Shown here piece by piece: positions 1 through 9,140 of a DNA stretch of 64,000 nucleotides (the first letter of the stretch is position 1; every line of letters starts with the position of its first letter). The stretch is from Vulcanimicrobiota bacterium. Lineage in GTDB: Bacteria > Vulcanimicrobiota > Vulcanimicrobiia > Vulcanimicrobiales > Vulcanimicrobiaceae. The translations under genes and the position numbers were made by a program. Location of the stretch: the NCBI GenBank assembly GCA_963733295.1, contig CAVTCS010000003.1, forward strand, positions 1,344,001-1,408,000. Direction: 5' to 3'. The notes under the pieces are model-generated. The model was not told the origin of the DNA and searched no databases. It saw only the letters and a program-made list of their open reading frames with translations.

Positions 1-1
1 C

Positions 2-973
2 TACGGCGGCACGATCACGCAATTCAACGTAACCCTCAAGCGCATGGGCATCGACTGCAGCCTCGTCACAGGGGACGACGTTTCCGCCTTCGCGGCTGCC
101 GTCCGCCCGAATACGAAACTGCTCTTTACCGAAACGATCGGCAACCCGCTCGGAAACGTGGCCGACCTGTCGGCACTCGCGCGCGTCGCGCACGACGCGG
201 GGATCCCGCTCGTCGTCGACAATACCTTCGCCACGCCCGCGCTGTGCCGGCCGATCGAGTGGGGCGCCGACATCGTCACCAACTCGGCAACGAAGTTCAT
301 CGGCGGCCACGGTACCGTCATCGGCGGCATCATCGTCGAGTCGGGAAAGTTCCCGTGGTCCGCCGGAAAGCATCCGCTCCTTTCGGAACCGAGTCCCGGT
401 TACCACGATATGAACTTTGCCGAAACGTTCGGCGAGTTCGCTTTTCTGATGCGGGCCAGGGTCGAAGTGCTGCGCGACGTCGGAGCCTGCCTCTCGCCAA
501 TGAACGCCTGGCTCATGCTGCAAGGACTCGAGACCTTACCGCTCCGCATGCGCGCCCACGTCGAGAACGCGCGCGCGATCGCCGCGTTTCTGCGCGGGCG
601 GGACGAAGTCGCTTGGATCAACTACGCCGAGCTCGATGACAGTCCGTACCGCGCGCTCGCGCGGCGTTATCTACCGGAGGGCGCGGGCGCGATTTTTACC
701 TTCGGACTGCGCGGAGGACGCGAGGCGGGTCGCGCCTTTATCGAAGCGCTCGAACTCTGGAGCCATCTCGCGAACGTCGGCGACGCGAAGAGTCTCGTAA
801 TCCATCCCGCTAGCACGACGCACCAGCAGCTCGGCGACTCAGAGATGGCCGCTGCCGGCGTCACCCCTGAGATGGTTCGGCTTTCGGTCGGCCTGGAAGA
901 TCCCGCCGATTTGATCTGGGATCTCGAGAACGGCTTGCGCGCGGCGCGAGCCGCGGCTGAGGTCCGCGCGTGA
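2..973 (+). CDS. metY: O-acetylhomoserine aminocarboxypropyltransferase/sulfhydrylase (Cys/Met metabolism PLP enzyme), 5'-truncated by the window edge
   Basis: Frame open from base 2 (YGGTITQF...). Motifs VVDNTFATP, SATKFIGGHG (PLP lysine), HLANVGDAKSLVIHPASTTHQQL and RLSVGLED. Confidence 0.9.
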   Translation, partial: YGGTITQFNVTLKRMGIDCSLVTGDDVSAFAAAVRPNTKLLFTETIGNPLGNVADLSALARVAHDAGIPLVVDNTFATPALCRPIEWGADIVTNSATKFIGGHGTVIGGIIVESGKFPWSAGKHPLLSEPSPGYHDMNFAETFGEFAFLMRARVEVLRDVGACLSPMNAWLMLQGLETLPLRMRAHVENARAIAAFLRGRDEVAWINYAELDDSPYRALARRYLPEGAGAIFTFGLRGGREAGRAFIEALELWSHLANVGDAKSLVIHPASTTHQQLGDSEMAAAGVTPEMVRLSVGLEDPADLIWDLENGLRAARAAAEVRA

Positions 974-1455
974 TCCTAACCACCGTTTCGCAGCGACGCG
1001 ATTTGCTGGCGCGCTCGCGCACGGTGGCAATGGTCGGCGCCTCCGCGACCGTCACGCGTCCGAGTTATTTCGTCTTCTCGTACTTGCGCACGCGTGGAAG
1101 GCTTGACGTTGCGCCGATCAATCCGGCGTTGCAAGAGATCGATGGCGTCAAAGCCTATCCGAGTCTCGCCGCCTATGCCGCCGAGCGCGGCGCCCCCGAC
1201 ATCGTCGACGTGTTTCGCAAGCCGGCCAACGCACCGCAGGTGACGCGCGAAGCGATCGCGGCGGGCGCGAAAGCGATCTGGTTCCAGTACGGAGTCATCA
1301 ACGACGAAGCGATCCGCTTGGCCGTCGAAGCCGGCCTCGACGTCGTGGTCGATCGCTGCATCAAGGTGGAATCGGCACGCTTCGACGGCGGTCTTTCGGT
1401 CGGCGGCCACAATTCGGGCCTGATCACCGCGCGCCGGGTGGCGCCGGCGCGGTGA
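970..1455 (+). CDS. CoA-binding protein (YccU-like)
   Basis: VAMVGAS, PINP, DIVDVFRKP, AIWFQYGVIN, VVDRCIKVE; GTGA overlap with the upstream stop. Confidence 0.85.
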   Translation: MILTTVSQRRDLLARSRTVAMVGASATVTRPSYFVFSYLRTRGRLDVAPINPALQEIDGVKAYPSLAAYAAERGAPDIVDVFRKPANAPQVTREAIAAGAKAIWFQYGVINDEAIRLAVEAGLDVVVDRCIKVESARFDGGLSVGGHNSGLITARRVAPAR

Positions 1456-2543
1456 ACGCGCGCGAGCTGGACGACGCCTTTTTGGCGATCGTCGCGGATT
1501 GGAGAGGAGGAGGTCCCGGTTGCGACGAGCGCCGCTTCGACGAACTGGCGCGCGCCACGTTCGCCTACCAGATCGCAGCCAACGAACCGTACGCGCGCTT
1601 CGCGCGCGCCCGCGGTTTCGACGCCGGCCGCTCGCCACGCACCTGGCGCGAAATTCCGGCCGTCCCCTCGAGCGCATTCAAGGACGCAACGCTCGCGACG
1701 TTCGACGTGCGCCAGGCCGAGTGCGAATTTCACACGAGCGGGACGACCGCCGCGAATTCCGGCAAGCACTACCTCGAGCGCGCAGCGTTGTACGACGTTT
1801 CTCTGCTGGCCGGCTTCGACCGTTTTATGCTCGCGGACCAGCCCAAACTGCGCTATCTCAACCTCGTGCCAAACCCGCGCTTCCACAAACATTCGTCGCT
1901 GGGCTACATGCTGGGGCACGTTGGGGTGCTACGCGGCGACGGCAAGGCCGGCTACTTTCTGGACGAGGATCGCGTCGACGTGGCGGGCTTGAGGGCGGCT
2001 CTGCAGCTCGCGCTGGCCGAAGATCGGGCGGTTTGCCTAGCGGGAACGGCCTTCGCTTTCGTCTCGCTACTCGATGCGCTACAGGCCACGCGCGAGACCT
2101 TCGCGCTGCCGCGCGGCTCGCGGATCATGGAGACCGGCGGATTCAAAGGCCGCACGCGCAGCGTCTCGCGCGACGAACTTTACCGCGGCCTCGCGCTCGC
2201 GTTCGGGATCCCCGAGCCGTCGATCGTCGCCGAGTACGGCATGACCGAACTCGTGAGCCAATACTACGACGAGCCCGCCTCGCGTGACCGCGTCCGGCGC
2301 GTCAAGGTCTCGCCACCATGGCTGCGCAGCCTGGTGGTCGACGCGGAGGGACGCGAAGTCGCGCCGGGCGAGACCGGTTCTCTGCAGCACCTCGATCTCG
2401 GTAATCGCTCGTCGGTCGTAGCGGTCGCAACCGAAGATCGCGGATACCTCAGCGGTCCCGGCATCGTGCTTCTCGGCCGCGAAAGCGACGCCGCGCCGCG
2501 CGGCTGTTCGCTCGACGCCGAAGAACTGCTCGCGCGCCGCTGA
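1452..2543 (+). CDS. LuxE-like acyl-protein synthetase
   Basis: IPAVPSSAFK, FHTSGTT, IMETGGFKGR, EYGMTEL, DLGNRSS..TED.G and a C-terminal RGCSL (acyl-accepting Cys). Confidence 0.85.
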   Translation: MNARELDDAFLAIVADWRGGGPGCDERRFDELARATFAYQIAANEPYARFARARGFDAGRSPRTWREIPAVPSSAFKDATLATFDVRQAECEFHTSGTTAANSGKHYLERAALYDVSLLAGFDRFMLADQPKLRYLNLVPNPRFHKHSSLGYMLGHVGVLRGDGKAGYFLDEDRVDVAGLRAALQLALAEDRAVCLAGTAFAFVSLLDALQATRETFALPRGSRIMETGGFKGRTRSVSRDELYRGLALAFGIPEPSIVAEYGMTELVSQYYDEPASRDRVRRVKVSPPWLRSLVVDAEGREVAPGETGSLQHLDLGNRSSVVAVATEDRGYLSGPGIVLLGRESDAAPRGCSLDAEELLARR

Positions 2544-3769
2544 ACGCCGGCGACTTCCCGCTACGCGCGCGTCAGATCGTCGACGCGCTCGCCGACGCCG
2601 CCGCGCGTTGGCGCAACGCCGATTTTCCCCAGCGCGTCCGCGCGACCGCTGCGCTCGCGACTCGGCTCGGCTATAGCGAGCCGGTCGTCGAGTACGCGCT
2701 CGACCGCTTGTTCGAAGACGTGACGCGCGACTCGCTGATCGCGGTTATCGAAAGCGAACTGGGTTCGCTCGAGTCCCTCGACGGTTTCACCCGGCGCCGG
2801 GGACGGCCGGACGTTTTCTTTCGCGGCGTCGCGCGGGCCGCCATCGTTTCGAGCGAAACGACGATCGGAGTCGCCATTCCGCATCTGCTCTTCGCACTCT
2901 GCGCGAAAGTTCACGTCGACGTCAAAGATCGCGACGATCATTTCGTCGCAGGCTTCGTGCAAACGATCGTGGAGGAGCGGCCCGAACTCGGAACGCTGGC
3001 GCGAGTTGCAGCGTGGAGCGGCTCCGACGCTGCGCTGTCCGGCCTTCACCTGGCCGACGCCGACGTCGTCGTGGCGTTCGGTGGAGACGACGCGCTGCGC
3101 GCGATTCGCGCGCAACTCAAACCCGAAGCGCGCTTCGAGCCCTTCGGACGGCGAAGCAGCGCCGGTTACGTCGCCCGCGAAACGCTCGCAAGCGAGATGA
3201 CGGCAGCCGACTGCGCGCGCGCCGCGGCACGCGATGCGCTCCTGTACGACGGCTCGGGCTGCCTTTCGCTCCACGCGCTGTTCGTCGAGCGCGGCGCTGC
3301 CGTTGCACCCGCGGACTTCGCGCGCCTCTTAGGACGAGCGTTCGACGCGCTCGCGGTCGAGTTTCCGCCCGCCACGCTTGCGCCTGACGCCCCCAGTCTC
3401 GCCTTCCGGCGCCGGCTCGAATTCGCAAACGCCCAGGGCAACGAGCCCGCGCTCGTCACCGCCGCAAACTTCGTCGTTGCGCTCGATCCCTGGACGGACG
3501 AGCCCCCGCCGCTCGTGCGTCGCGTGCTCGCGCTCTACTCCGTCGATGGCCCGGGGGAAGCGCTCGCGTTCATCGAACGACATCGCCTCCCGCTCGAGGG
3601 CTTTGCGGCATGCCCGGCGGAGCGCGCCGACGTTTACGACGTCGCGCTTCGGAGCGGGGCGGCGCGCATCACGCGGCTCGGCCGCCTGCAAGCACCGCCG
3701 ATCGCCGGCAACCATGGAGCCAAGGAGCGCGTGCTGCCCTTCGTGCAGGCGATCTATCGCGACGGATGA
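2540..3769 (+). CDS. LuxC-like acyl-CoA/acyl-protein reductase; proposed CTG start at 2540 (track start 2708)
   Basis: ADVVVAFGGDDA, FGRRSSAGYV, DALLYDGSGCLSLH (catalytic Cys region), RITRLGRLQAPP. The frame is open back to a CTG overlapping the luxE-like TGA. Confidence 0.8.
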   Translation: MNAGDFPLRARQIVDALADAAARWRNADFPQRVRATAALATRLGYSEPVVEYALDRLFEDVTRDSLIAVIESELGSLESLDGFTRRRGRPDVFFRGVARAAIVSSETTIGVAIPHLLFALCAKVHVDVKDRDDHFVAGFVQTIVEERPELGTLARVAAWSGSDAALSGLHLADADVVVAFGGDDALRAIRAQLKPEARFEPFGRRSSAGYVARETLASEMTAADCARAAARDALLYDGSGCLSLHALFVERGAAVAPADFARLLGRAFDALAVEFPPATLAPDAPSLAFRRRLEFANAQGNEPALVTAANFVVALDPWTDEPPPLVRRVLALYSVDGPGEALAFIERHRLPLEGFAACPAERADVYDVALRSGAARITRLGRLQAPPIAGNHGAKERVLPFVQAIYRDG

Positions 3770-5073
3770 GCGAGCTGGAAGCGATCGTCACCAAGATTCC
3801 GGGTCCGCGTTCGTGCGAGCTCGCAGCTTCGCTCGCGCGCACCGAACCGCGCGGCGTCACCTACCTCGCCGACGACTTCCCCATCTTTTGGGAATCGGCA
3901 TCGGGCTCGATCGTCACCGACGTCGACGATAACCGTTACATCGATTTCACCTCGGCCTTCGGCGTGGCGCTCACCGGACACGCGAATCCCGCGGTCGTGA
4001 CGGCGATCGCCGAGCAGGCCGGCCGCTTGCCGCACGGAATGGGCGACGTCCACCCGACCGCGGTGCGCGCCCGGCTACTCGAGAAACTCGCCACGCTGGC
4101 GCCGCTCGACCGGCCGCGGACGTTTCTCTGTTCGACCGGTTCCGAAGCGATCGAGTTCGCTCTCAAGAGCGCGGTTCTCGCGACCGGCGAACCGAACGTG
4201 CTCGCCTTCGGCGGCGCATATCACGGCCTCTCATATGGCGCGCTCGAAGTCGTGGGGATTCCAAAGTTTCGCAAACCCTGGCTCAAGCAGCTGCGCGAAA
4301 CGACGACCTTCGTGCGCTATCCGGACGGACGCGAACGCGGCACGCTCGAGCGCGCGCTCGACGGCGTCGAGAAAACGCTCAAACGCGATCGCACGATCGG
4401 GGCGGTTCTCGTCGAGCCGATCCAGGGCCGCGCCGGCGTGATCCTGCCGCCGGAAGGCTTCTTGCGCGGGCTGCGCGGGCTTTGCACCCAACGCGACACG
4501 CTCCTGATCCTCGACGAAATCTTCACCGGTTTCGGGAGAGCCGGAACCTACTTTGCTTGCGAACGCGAAGGCGTGCGTCCCGATATTCTGTGCGTGGGCA
4601 AAGCGCTGGGCGGCGGATTCCCCATCTCGGCTGCGATCTTGAGCGGCGAGGTCGCGGAGGCGTGGGAACCGTCACAGGGCGAGGCGCTGCACACCTCGAC
4701 CTTTCTCGGAAACCCGATGGGCTGCGCCGCGGCGCTTGCGAACCTCGGGGAGATCGAGCGCTTGGCGTTGCCCGATCGCGCACGCGAACTTGAGACGTCG
4801 ATCGCCGAGCGGCTGCACGCAATCGAGCGTTACAATCCGATCGTCATCGACATTCGAGGACGCGGCATGCTCTGGGCCATGGAGTTCAAGGAGCCGGCGG
4901 CGGCGAACGCCTGCGTGAAGAGCGCGCTCGCGGGTGGTCTGATCCTATTGCAGTCGGGGCTGCGCGGCGAGTGCGTGACGATCGCGCCGCCGCTGGTCAT
5001 CACGCGCGAACAGCTGCGCCGCGGTCTCGACCTGCTGACCGACGCCTTGCGCACGCGCGCATTCGCACTTTGA
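3766..5073 (+). CDS. Class-III PLP aminotransferase (GabT/ArgD-like)
   Basis: DVDDNRYIDF, TGSEAIE, AYHG, VEPIQG, DEIFTGFGRAG, GKALGGGFP, HTSTFLGNP; ATGA overlap with the luxC-like stop. Confidence 0.9.
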   Translation: MSELEAIVTKIPGPRSCELAASLARTEPRGVTYLADDFPIFWESASGSIVTDVDDNRYIDFTSAFGVALTGHANPAVVTAIAEQAGRLPHGMGDVHPTAVRARLLEKLATLAPLDRPRTFLCSTGSEAIEFALKSAVLATGEPNVLAFGGAYHGLSYGALEVVGIPKFRKPWLKQLRETTTFVRYPDGRERGTLERALDGVEKTLKRDRTIGAVLVEPIQGRAGVILPPEGFLRGLRGLCTQRDTLLILDEIFTGFGRAGTYFACEREGVRPDILCVGKALGGGFPISAAILSGEVAEAWEPSQGEALHTSTFLGNPMGCAAALANLGEIERLALPDRARELETSIAERLHAIERYNPIVIDIRGRGMLWAMEFKEPAAANACVKSALAGGLILLQSGLRGECVTIAPPLVITREQLRRGLDLLTDALRTRAFAL

Positions 5074-6098
5074 AGCCGCTTCGCGTCGGGATCGCCGGCG
5101 TGAGCTTCGGCGCAATCGTCCACGCCCCGGCGTACGCCGCGCAAGGCCGCTTCGAAGTCGTCGCGCTCGCCTCGCCGAGGCGAGCCGCCGAGATCGCGCG
5201 CGAACGGAAGATTCCGCACGCTTTCGCTTCGACCGACGAGATGTTGAACGGCGTCGAGCTCGACGTCGTCTCGGTCGCGTCGCCGCCCTTCGATCATCGT
5301 GCCTCGGTCGTCGCCGCCCTCGCGCGCGGCAAGCACGTCCTCTGCGAGAAACCCTTCGGCTTGAACGTCGCTGAGTGCGAAGAGATGCTTGCGGCTGCGA
5401 AACGCGCCGGGACGGTCTGCGCGATCGCGCACGAGTTTCGCTTCGTGACGCCAAGGATCGCGGTGCGCGAGCTCGTTCAAAACGGCCACCTCGGGCCTCT
5501 GCGTGAGATCGAGATCGACGTTTTTTCGTCGCGCTTGCGCGCGGAGGCCGAGCGCCCGAACAGCTGGTGGTTCGAAAAGCGCCGCGGCGGCGGGATGGCC
5601 GGCGCGATCGTCTCCCACCTCGTCGATCAAGCCAACTGGCTTGCCGGGCGGGCTCCCCGCCGCGCGACCGGCTACCTGCGCACCGCGAATCCCGTGCGGC
5701 ACTACGAAGGCGAGACGTTTTCGGTCGACGTCGACGACGGCGCTTTCGCCGTACTCGATTTCGGTGACGGCCTCGTCGCGCGAATCGCTGCCGACGCGAC
5801 GCACGCCGTCGATTCGTCGCTTCTCGCCGTGCATGGCGAAAAGCTGACAGCCGTCGCGAGCGGCCCGAACGTTATCGAGAGCCGGCTCTATACGGTCGAC
5901 GCCGACGAGACCGCCGAACTCGAACTGGCTCCCGACAAGCACGCGAACCTTGTGGCGGCGCATGGCAACTTGCCGTCCTTCGTCTCGCTTCTCGACGAGT
6001 TCGCGAACGCCATCGACGGCAAGCCGGCCGAATATCCGACCTTCGCCGACGGCCTTGCGACCCAGCGCGTTCTCGCAGCGATCGGCTACGGCAGCTAG
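5070..6098 (+). CDS. Gfo/Idh/MocA family NAD(P)-dependent oxidoreductase
   Basis: LRVGIAG, GKHVLCEKP, HEFRF, GGG..GAIVSHLVD; TTGA overlap. Confidence 0.9.
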   Translation: MKPLRVGIAGVSFGAIVHAPAYAAQGRFEVVALASPRRAAEIARERKIPHAFASTDEMLNGVELDVVSVASPPFDHRASVVAALARGKHVLCEKPFGLNVAECEEMLAAAKRAGTVCAIAHEFRFVTPRIAVRELVQNGHLGPLREIEIDVFSSRLRAEAERPNSWWFEKRRGGGMAGAIVSHLVDQANWLAGRAPRRATGYLRTANPVRHYEGETFSVDVDDGAFAVLDFGDGLVARIAADATHAVDSSLLAVHGEKLTAVASGPNVIESRLYTVDADETAELELAPDKHANLVAAHGNLPSFVSLLDEFANAIDGKPAEYPTFADGLATQRVLAAIGYGS

Positions 6099-7384
6099 GC
6101 CCGGCGCACCTCGGCTGCGTGATCTCGCTCGAGATGACGCCAAACCAAGTTCAAGCCGGCGATGACGGCGCGGCGGCGGATGTCGTCGCGGTTGCCGGGA
6201 AGCGTCGCCTTGCGAGTCTCGATGTCACCGTCGTCGCTCGCGACGGCGAACCAGACCAGGCCGACCGGTTTATCCGGCGTTGCGCCGGTCGGTCCCGCGA
6301 TTCCCGTGGTCGCCAAGGCGATGTCGGCGCCGAGGTGGCGGCGTGCACCCAGCGCCATCGCGCGCGCGACCTCTTCGCTGACCGCACCGTGTTCGCGCAA
6401 GACCGCCTCCGGAACGCCGAGCAGTTCGGTTTTGAGCGCGTTGTCGTAGGCGACGACCGCGCCGCGAAAGACGGCCGAAGCCCCCGCGACGCGCACGAGC
6501 GCGTCGGCAACTCCGCCGCCGGTCACCGATTCGGCCGTCGCGATCGTCGCGCCACGCGCCGCGAGGCCCGCCACGATCGCCGACTCGAGCGTCTCGTCGT
6601 CGGTGCCGAAGATGCCTTGTCCGATGCGTTCGCGCACCTCCGCTTCGACCGGGCCGATCAAGGCGTCGGCGGTGGCCCGGTCGCGCGCTTTGGCCATGAT
6701 CTTGACGTCGACTTTGTACTCGTGCGCGAGCACCGCGATCTTCGGGTTCTCGAGCGTGCGAAAGAGCGACTCGATGCGCGAGTCGACGTCCGATTCGGAA
6801 ATGCCGACTGTGTGCAGCGTTCGCGTGTAGATGGCATCGCGCAACCCGTAGCGGGTGACGAGCCAGGGTACGAGCCGTTCGCTCAGCATCGGCTTCATCT
6901 CGCGCGGAACGCCCGGCATGCAGGCCACGAATTTGCCGTCGGCCCGCAACGCGATGAAGCCCGGTGCGGTTCCGTGCGGATTGTCCATAACGACCGCCCC
7001 GGCCGGCAGGATCGCTTGACGGCGGTTGTTCGGACTGATGGGCGTCGTTCGTCCGAGCGCCGCAAAACGCGCCTCGATCGCGAGCACCGAGGGCTCGTGC
7101 AGCTCGAGGGAGGTTCCGACTGCGGCGGCGACGGCTTCTTTCGTGAGGTCGTCGACCGTCGGACCGAGGCCTCCCGTCGTGATAACGCCGTCGGCGCGCT
7201 CGAGCGCGCGTCGCAACAGCGCTTCGAGGCGCTCCGCGTTATCGCCGACCGAGTGCTTGAGATAGACGTCGACGCCGTGATCGGCCAGCGCGCGGGCCAC
7301 GAGGGCCGAGTTCGTATCGACGAGCTGCCCGAGCAAGATCTCGGTCCCGATCGTAACGATCTCGACGTGCACGGGAACGCTCAA
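6095..7384 (-). CDS. cinA: Competence/damage-inducible protein CinA (MoCF-like domain + NMN deamidase PncC domain)
   Basis: EIVTIGTEILLGQLVDTN, TGGLGPTVDDLT, GTAPG, PGVPREM, AESVTGG, TGIAGPTG. Start is TTG 7384 (TTGA overlap) or GTG 7372. Confidence 0.93.
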   Translation of the reverse strand: MSVPVHVEIVTIGTEILLGQLVDTNSALVARALADHGVDVYLKHSVGDNAERLEALLRRALERADGVITTGGLGPTVDDLTKEAVAAAVGTSLELHEPSVLAIEARFAALGRTTPISPNNRRQAILPAGAVVMDNPHGTAPGFIALRADGKFVACMPGVPREMKPMLSERLVPWLVTRYGLRDAIYTRTLHTVGISESDVDSRIESLFRTLENPKIAVLAHEYKVDVKIMAKARDRATADALIGPVEAEVRERIGQGIFGTDDETLESAIVAGLAARGATIATAESVTGGGVADALVRVAGASAVFRGAVVAYDNALKTELLGVPEAVLREHGAVSEEVARAMALGARRHLGADIALATTGIAGPTGATPDKPVGLVWFAVASDDGDIETRKATLPGNRDDIRRRAVIAGLNLVWRHLERDHAAEVRRA

Positions 7385-8238
7385 TAGTCGACCGGCCGCA
7401 AGTAGAACTCGTTGATCGCGGTGTCGGAAAGCATGGCCGTGGTCGGAAGGTGGCGCTTCCAATGCGTCCCGTCCACGCGCGCTCGTACCAGCGCGACCTC
7501 CTCAGGCGAGAATCCGCGCGCTGCGATTCGGCCGTCGTCGTAGCCGAGCAGAATCAACGAGAGAATTCCGTCAGCTTTGGCGTAGCTGATGCCCAGATCG
7601 CCTTCGTCGGTCTGATTGGCTTCGAGGTCGGCGCTCGGCGCCTTGTCCACGATTTCTCGCGGGACGCCGAGATGACGCGCTAGCGACCAGACTTGCGTCT
7701 TGAACAGATCGCCCAGCGGGTTGAGCGGGGGTGAATCGTCGGCATGCCAGGTGAAATATCCCATCAGCCGTTCGGTCTTGTTACCGGTCCCGATCGGCAA
7801 CGCTCCCAATTTCTGCGACTGATCGAAGAGCACGATCATGCGCGTGCGCGCCATGATGTTCCCGCGACGGCGGGCGTCGGCCTGTGGTTCGAATTGCAAG
7901 TAGCCGTCGACCGCGGGACTGATGTCGATCGTCGCGGAGCGGCAGCCGAGCGCATCGATGACCCGCTGCGCGTCGGCTAAACTATCCGGGCTCGACGTCC
8001 GGTAGGGCATGCGAATCGCGTAGGTATGCTCCGGACCGATCGCGCGCGCGCAAAGGAACGCGGTGACCGCCGAATCGACGCCGCCCGAAAGTCCGACGAC
8101 GGCGTTGCGGATGCCGCGACGCTCGATCAGTTCGTCGCGCAGAAACTCTTCGAGCCACGCGGCCGCGAGCGGCCCGTCGATTTCGAGCGAGGGCAAACGC
8201 GGGACGGTCGCGTCGATCACCGGAAGCCGGCTCGTCAT
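7381..8238 (-). CDS. nadE: NAD+ synthetase (synthetase subunit)
   Basis: GLSGGVDS, GNIMARTRM, GTGNKTE..GYFT, PLGDLFKTQV, KAPSADL...QTDE. Confidence 0.95.
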   Translation of the reverse strand: MTSRLPVIDATVPRLPSLEIDGPLAAAWLEEFLRDELIERRGIRNAVVGLSGGVDSAVTAFLCARAIGPEHTYAIRMPYRTSSPDSLADAQRVIDALGCRSATIDISPAVDGYLQFEPQADARRRGNIMARTRMIVLFDQSQKLGALPIGTGNKTERLMGYFTWHADDSPPLNPLGDLFKTQVWSLARHLGVPREIVDKAPSADLEANQTDEGDLGISYAKADGILSLILLGYDDGRIAARGFSPEEVALVRARVDGTHWKRHLPTTAMLSDTAINEFYLRPVDY

Positions 8239-9140
8239 GGCGACGGGGCCACTGAATGTGAAGTCACGCGCTCCACCAGCTCGTCGTCGAGAAGCAGATC
8301 GGGCAACACGGCGTTCAAGTCGCCGAGCAGCGGCAAGCTCGCGCGCGCCAGATCGACTTCAGCGAAATCCAGCTCGGCCCGAATCACGTGCGCGCCCAGC
8401 GCCGGCGCCTCGGCCACGATCTCGCCGCTCGGCGCTACGAGCATCGACGAACCCGTCATCCCCTTGCCGCCCTCGAAGCCCGCCAAACCGGCGTAGACGA
8501 TGTAGATCCCGTGTTCGACGGCATACGAGCGCAAGAGTTCGCGCCAGTGTGCGACGCTTTCGAGCCGGCCCGCACGCGAGAGGCCGCGGCCCGGCGAAGC
8601 GCTCGGGACGAACAAGAGCCGCGCGCCTTTGATCGCGGCGATCGTGGGCAACAGTGCATGCCACGCGTCCTCGCAGATCAAGATCGCGGCGCGCCCGAAA
8701 CGCGTCTCAAAGGCGTCCAACCTGCGTCCCCTCGAGAGGAATCGCTCTTCGTCGAAGACGCCGTAGGTCGGTAAGAACATCTTGCGGTGCACGTGCACGA
8801 TCTCGTGCGTGCGCGAGTCGAGGCTGAGGTAGAGCGCCGAGTTGTAGTACGTACCGCCGGCGTTTTCGTAAAATCCGAGCACGATGTCGACCGGCGCGCG
8901 CTCGGAGCCCGGAGCGGCTCGCCACAACGCGGAGATTCGTTCGGCCAACTCGTTTGCCTCAAAGGACGACTCGTACACCGCGCCCTCCAGGAAATACCCG
9001 GTCAAAGCCGCCTCAGGCAGCACGATCGCGTCGTAGGGACGGTCCTCGGCCGCGAGCTGCACGAACGCTGACCCAAGTTGCGCGAAGTTCTCAGCGAGGT
9101 CACCTTTGCGCGGTTTGGTCTGAAGGATCGCCAGCTTCAC
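8235..9140 (-). CDS. Carbon-nitrogen hydrolase, probable stand-alone glutaminase subunit of NAD synthetase
   Basis: Glu-Lys-Cys triad motifs LPEAALTGY, HRKMFLPTYGVFDEERF, ICEDAW, plus SASP; coupled to nadE by an ATGA overlap. Confidence 0.85.
   Translation of the reverse strand: MKLAILQTKPRKGDLAENFAQLGSAFVQLAAEDRPYDAIVLPEAALTGYFLEGAVYESSFEANELAERISALWRAAPGSERAPVDIVLGFYENAGGTYYNSALYLSLDSRTHEIVHVHRKMFLPTYGVFDEERFLSRGRRLDAFETRFGRAAILICEDAWHALLPTIAAIKGARLLFVPSASPGRGLSRAGRLESVAHWRELLRSYAVEHGIYIVYAGLAGFEGGKGMTGSSMLVAPSGEIVAEAPALGAHVIRAELDFAEVDLARASLPLLGDLNAVLPDLLLDDELVERVTSHSVAPSP

Noticed and set aside
1452..3769. Bioluminescence (lux) operon
   Set aside because: No luxA/luxB luciferase or luxD in the window, and the gene order and partners differ from luxCDABE.
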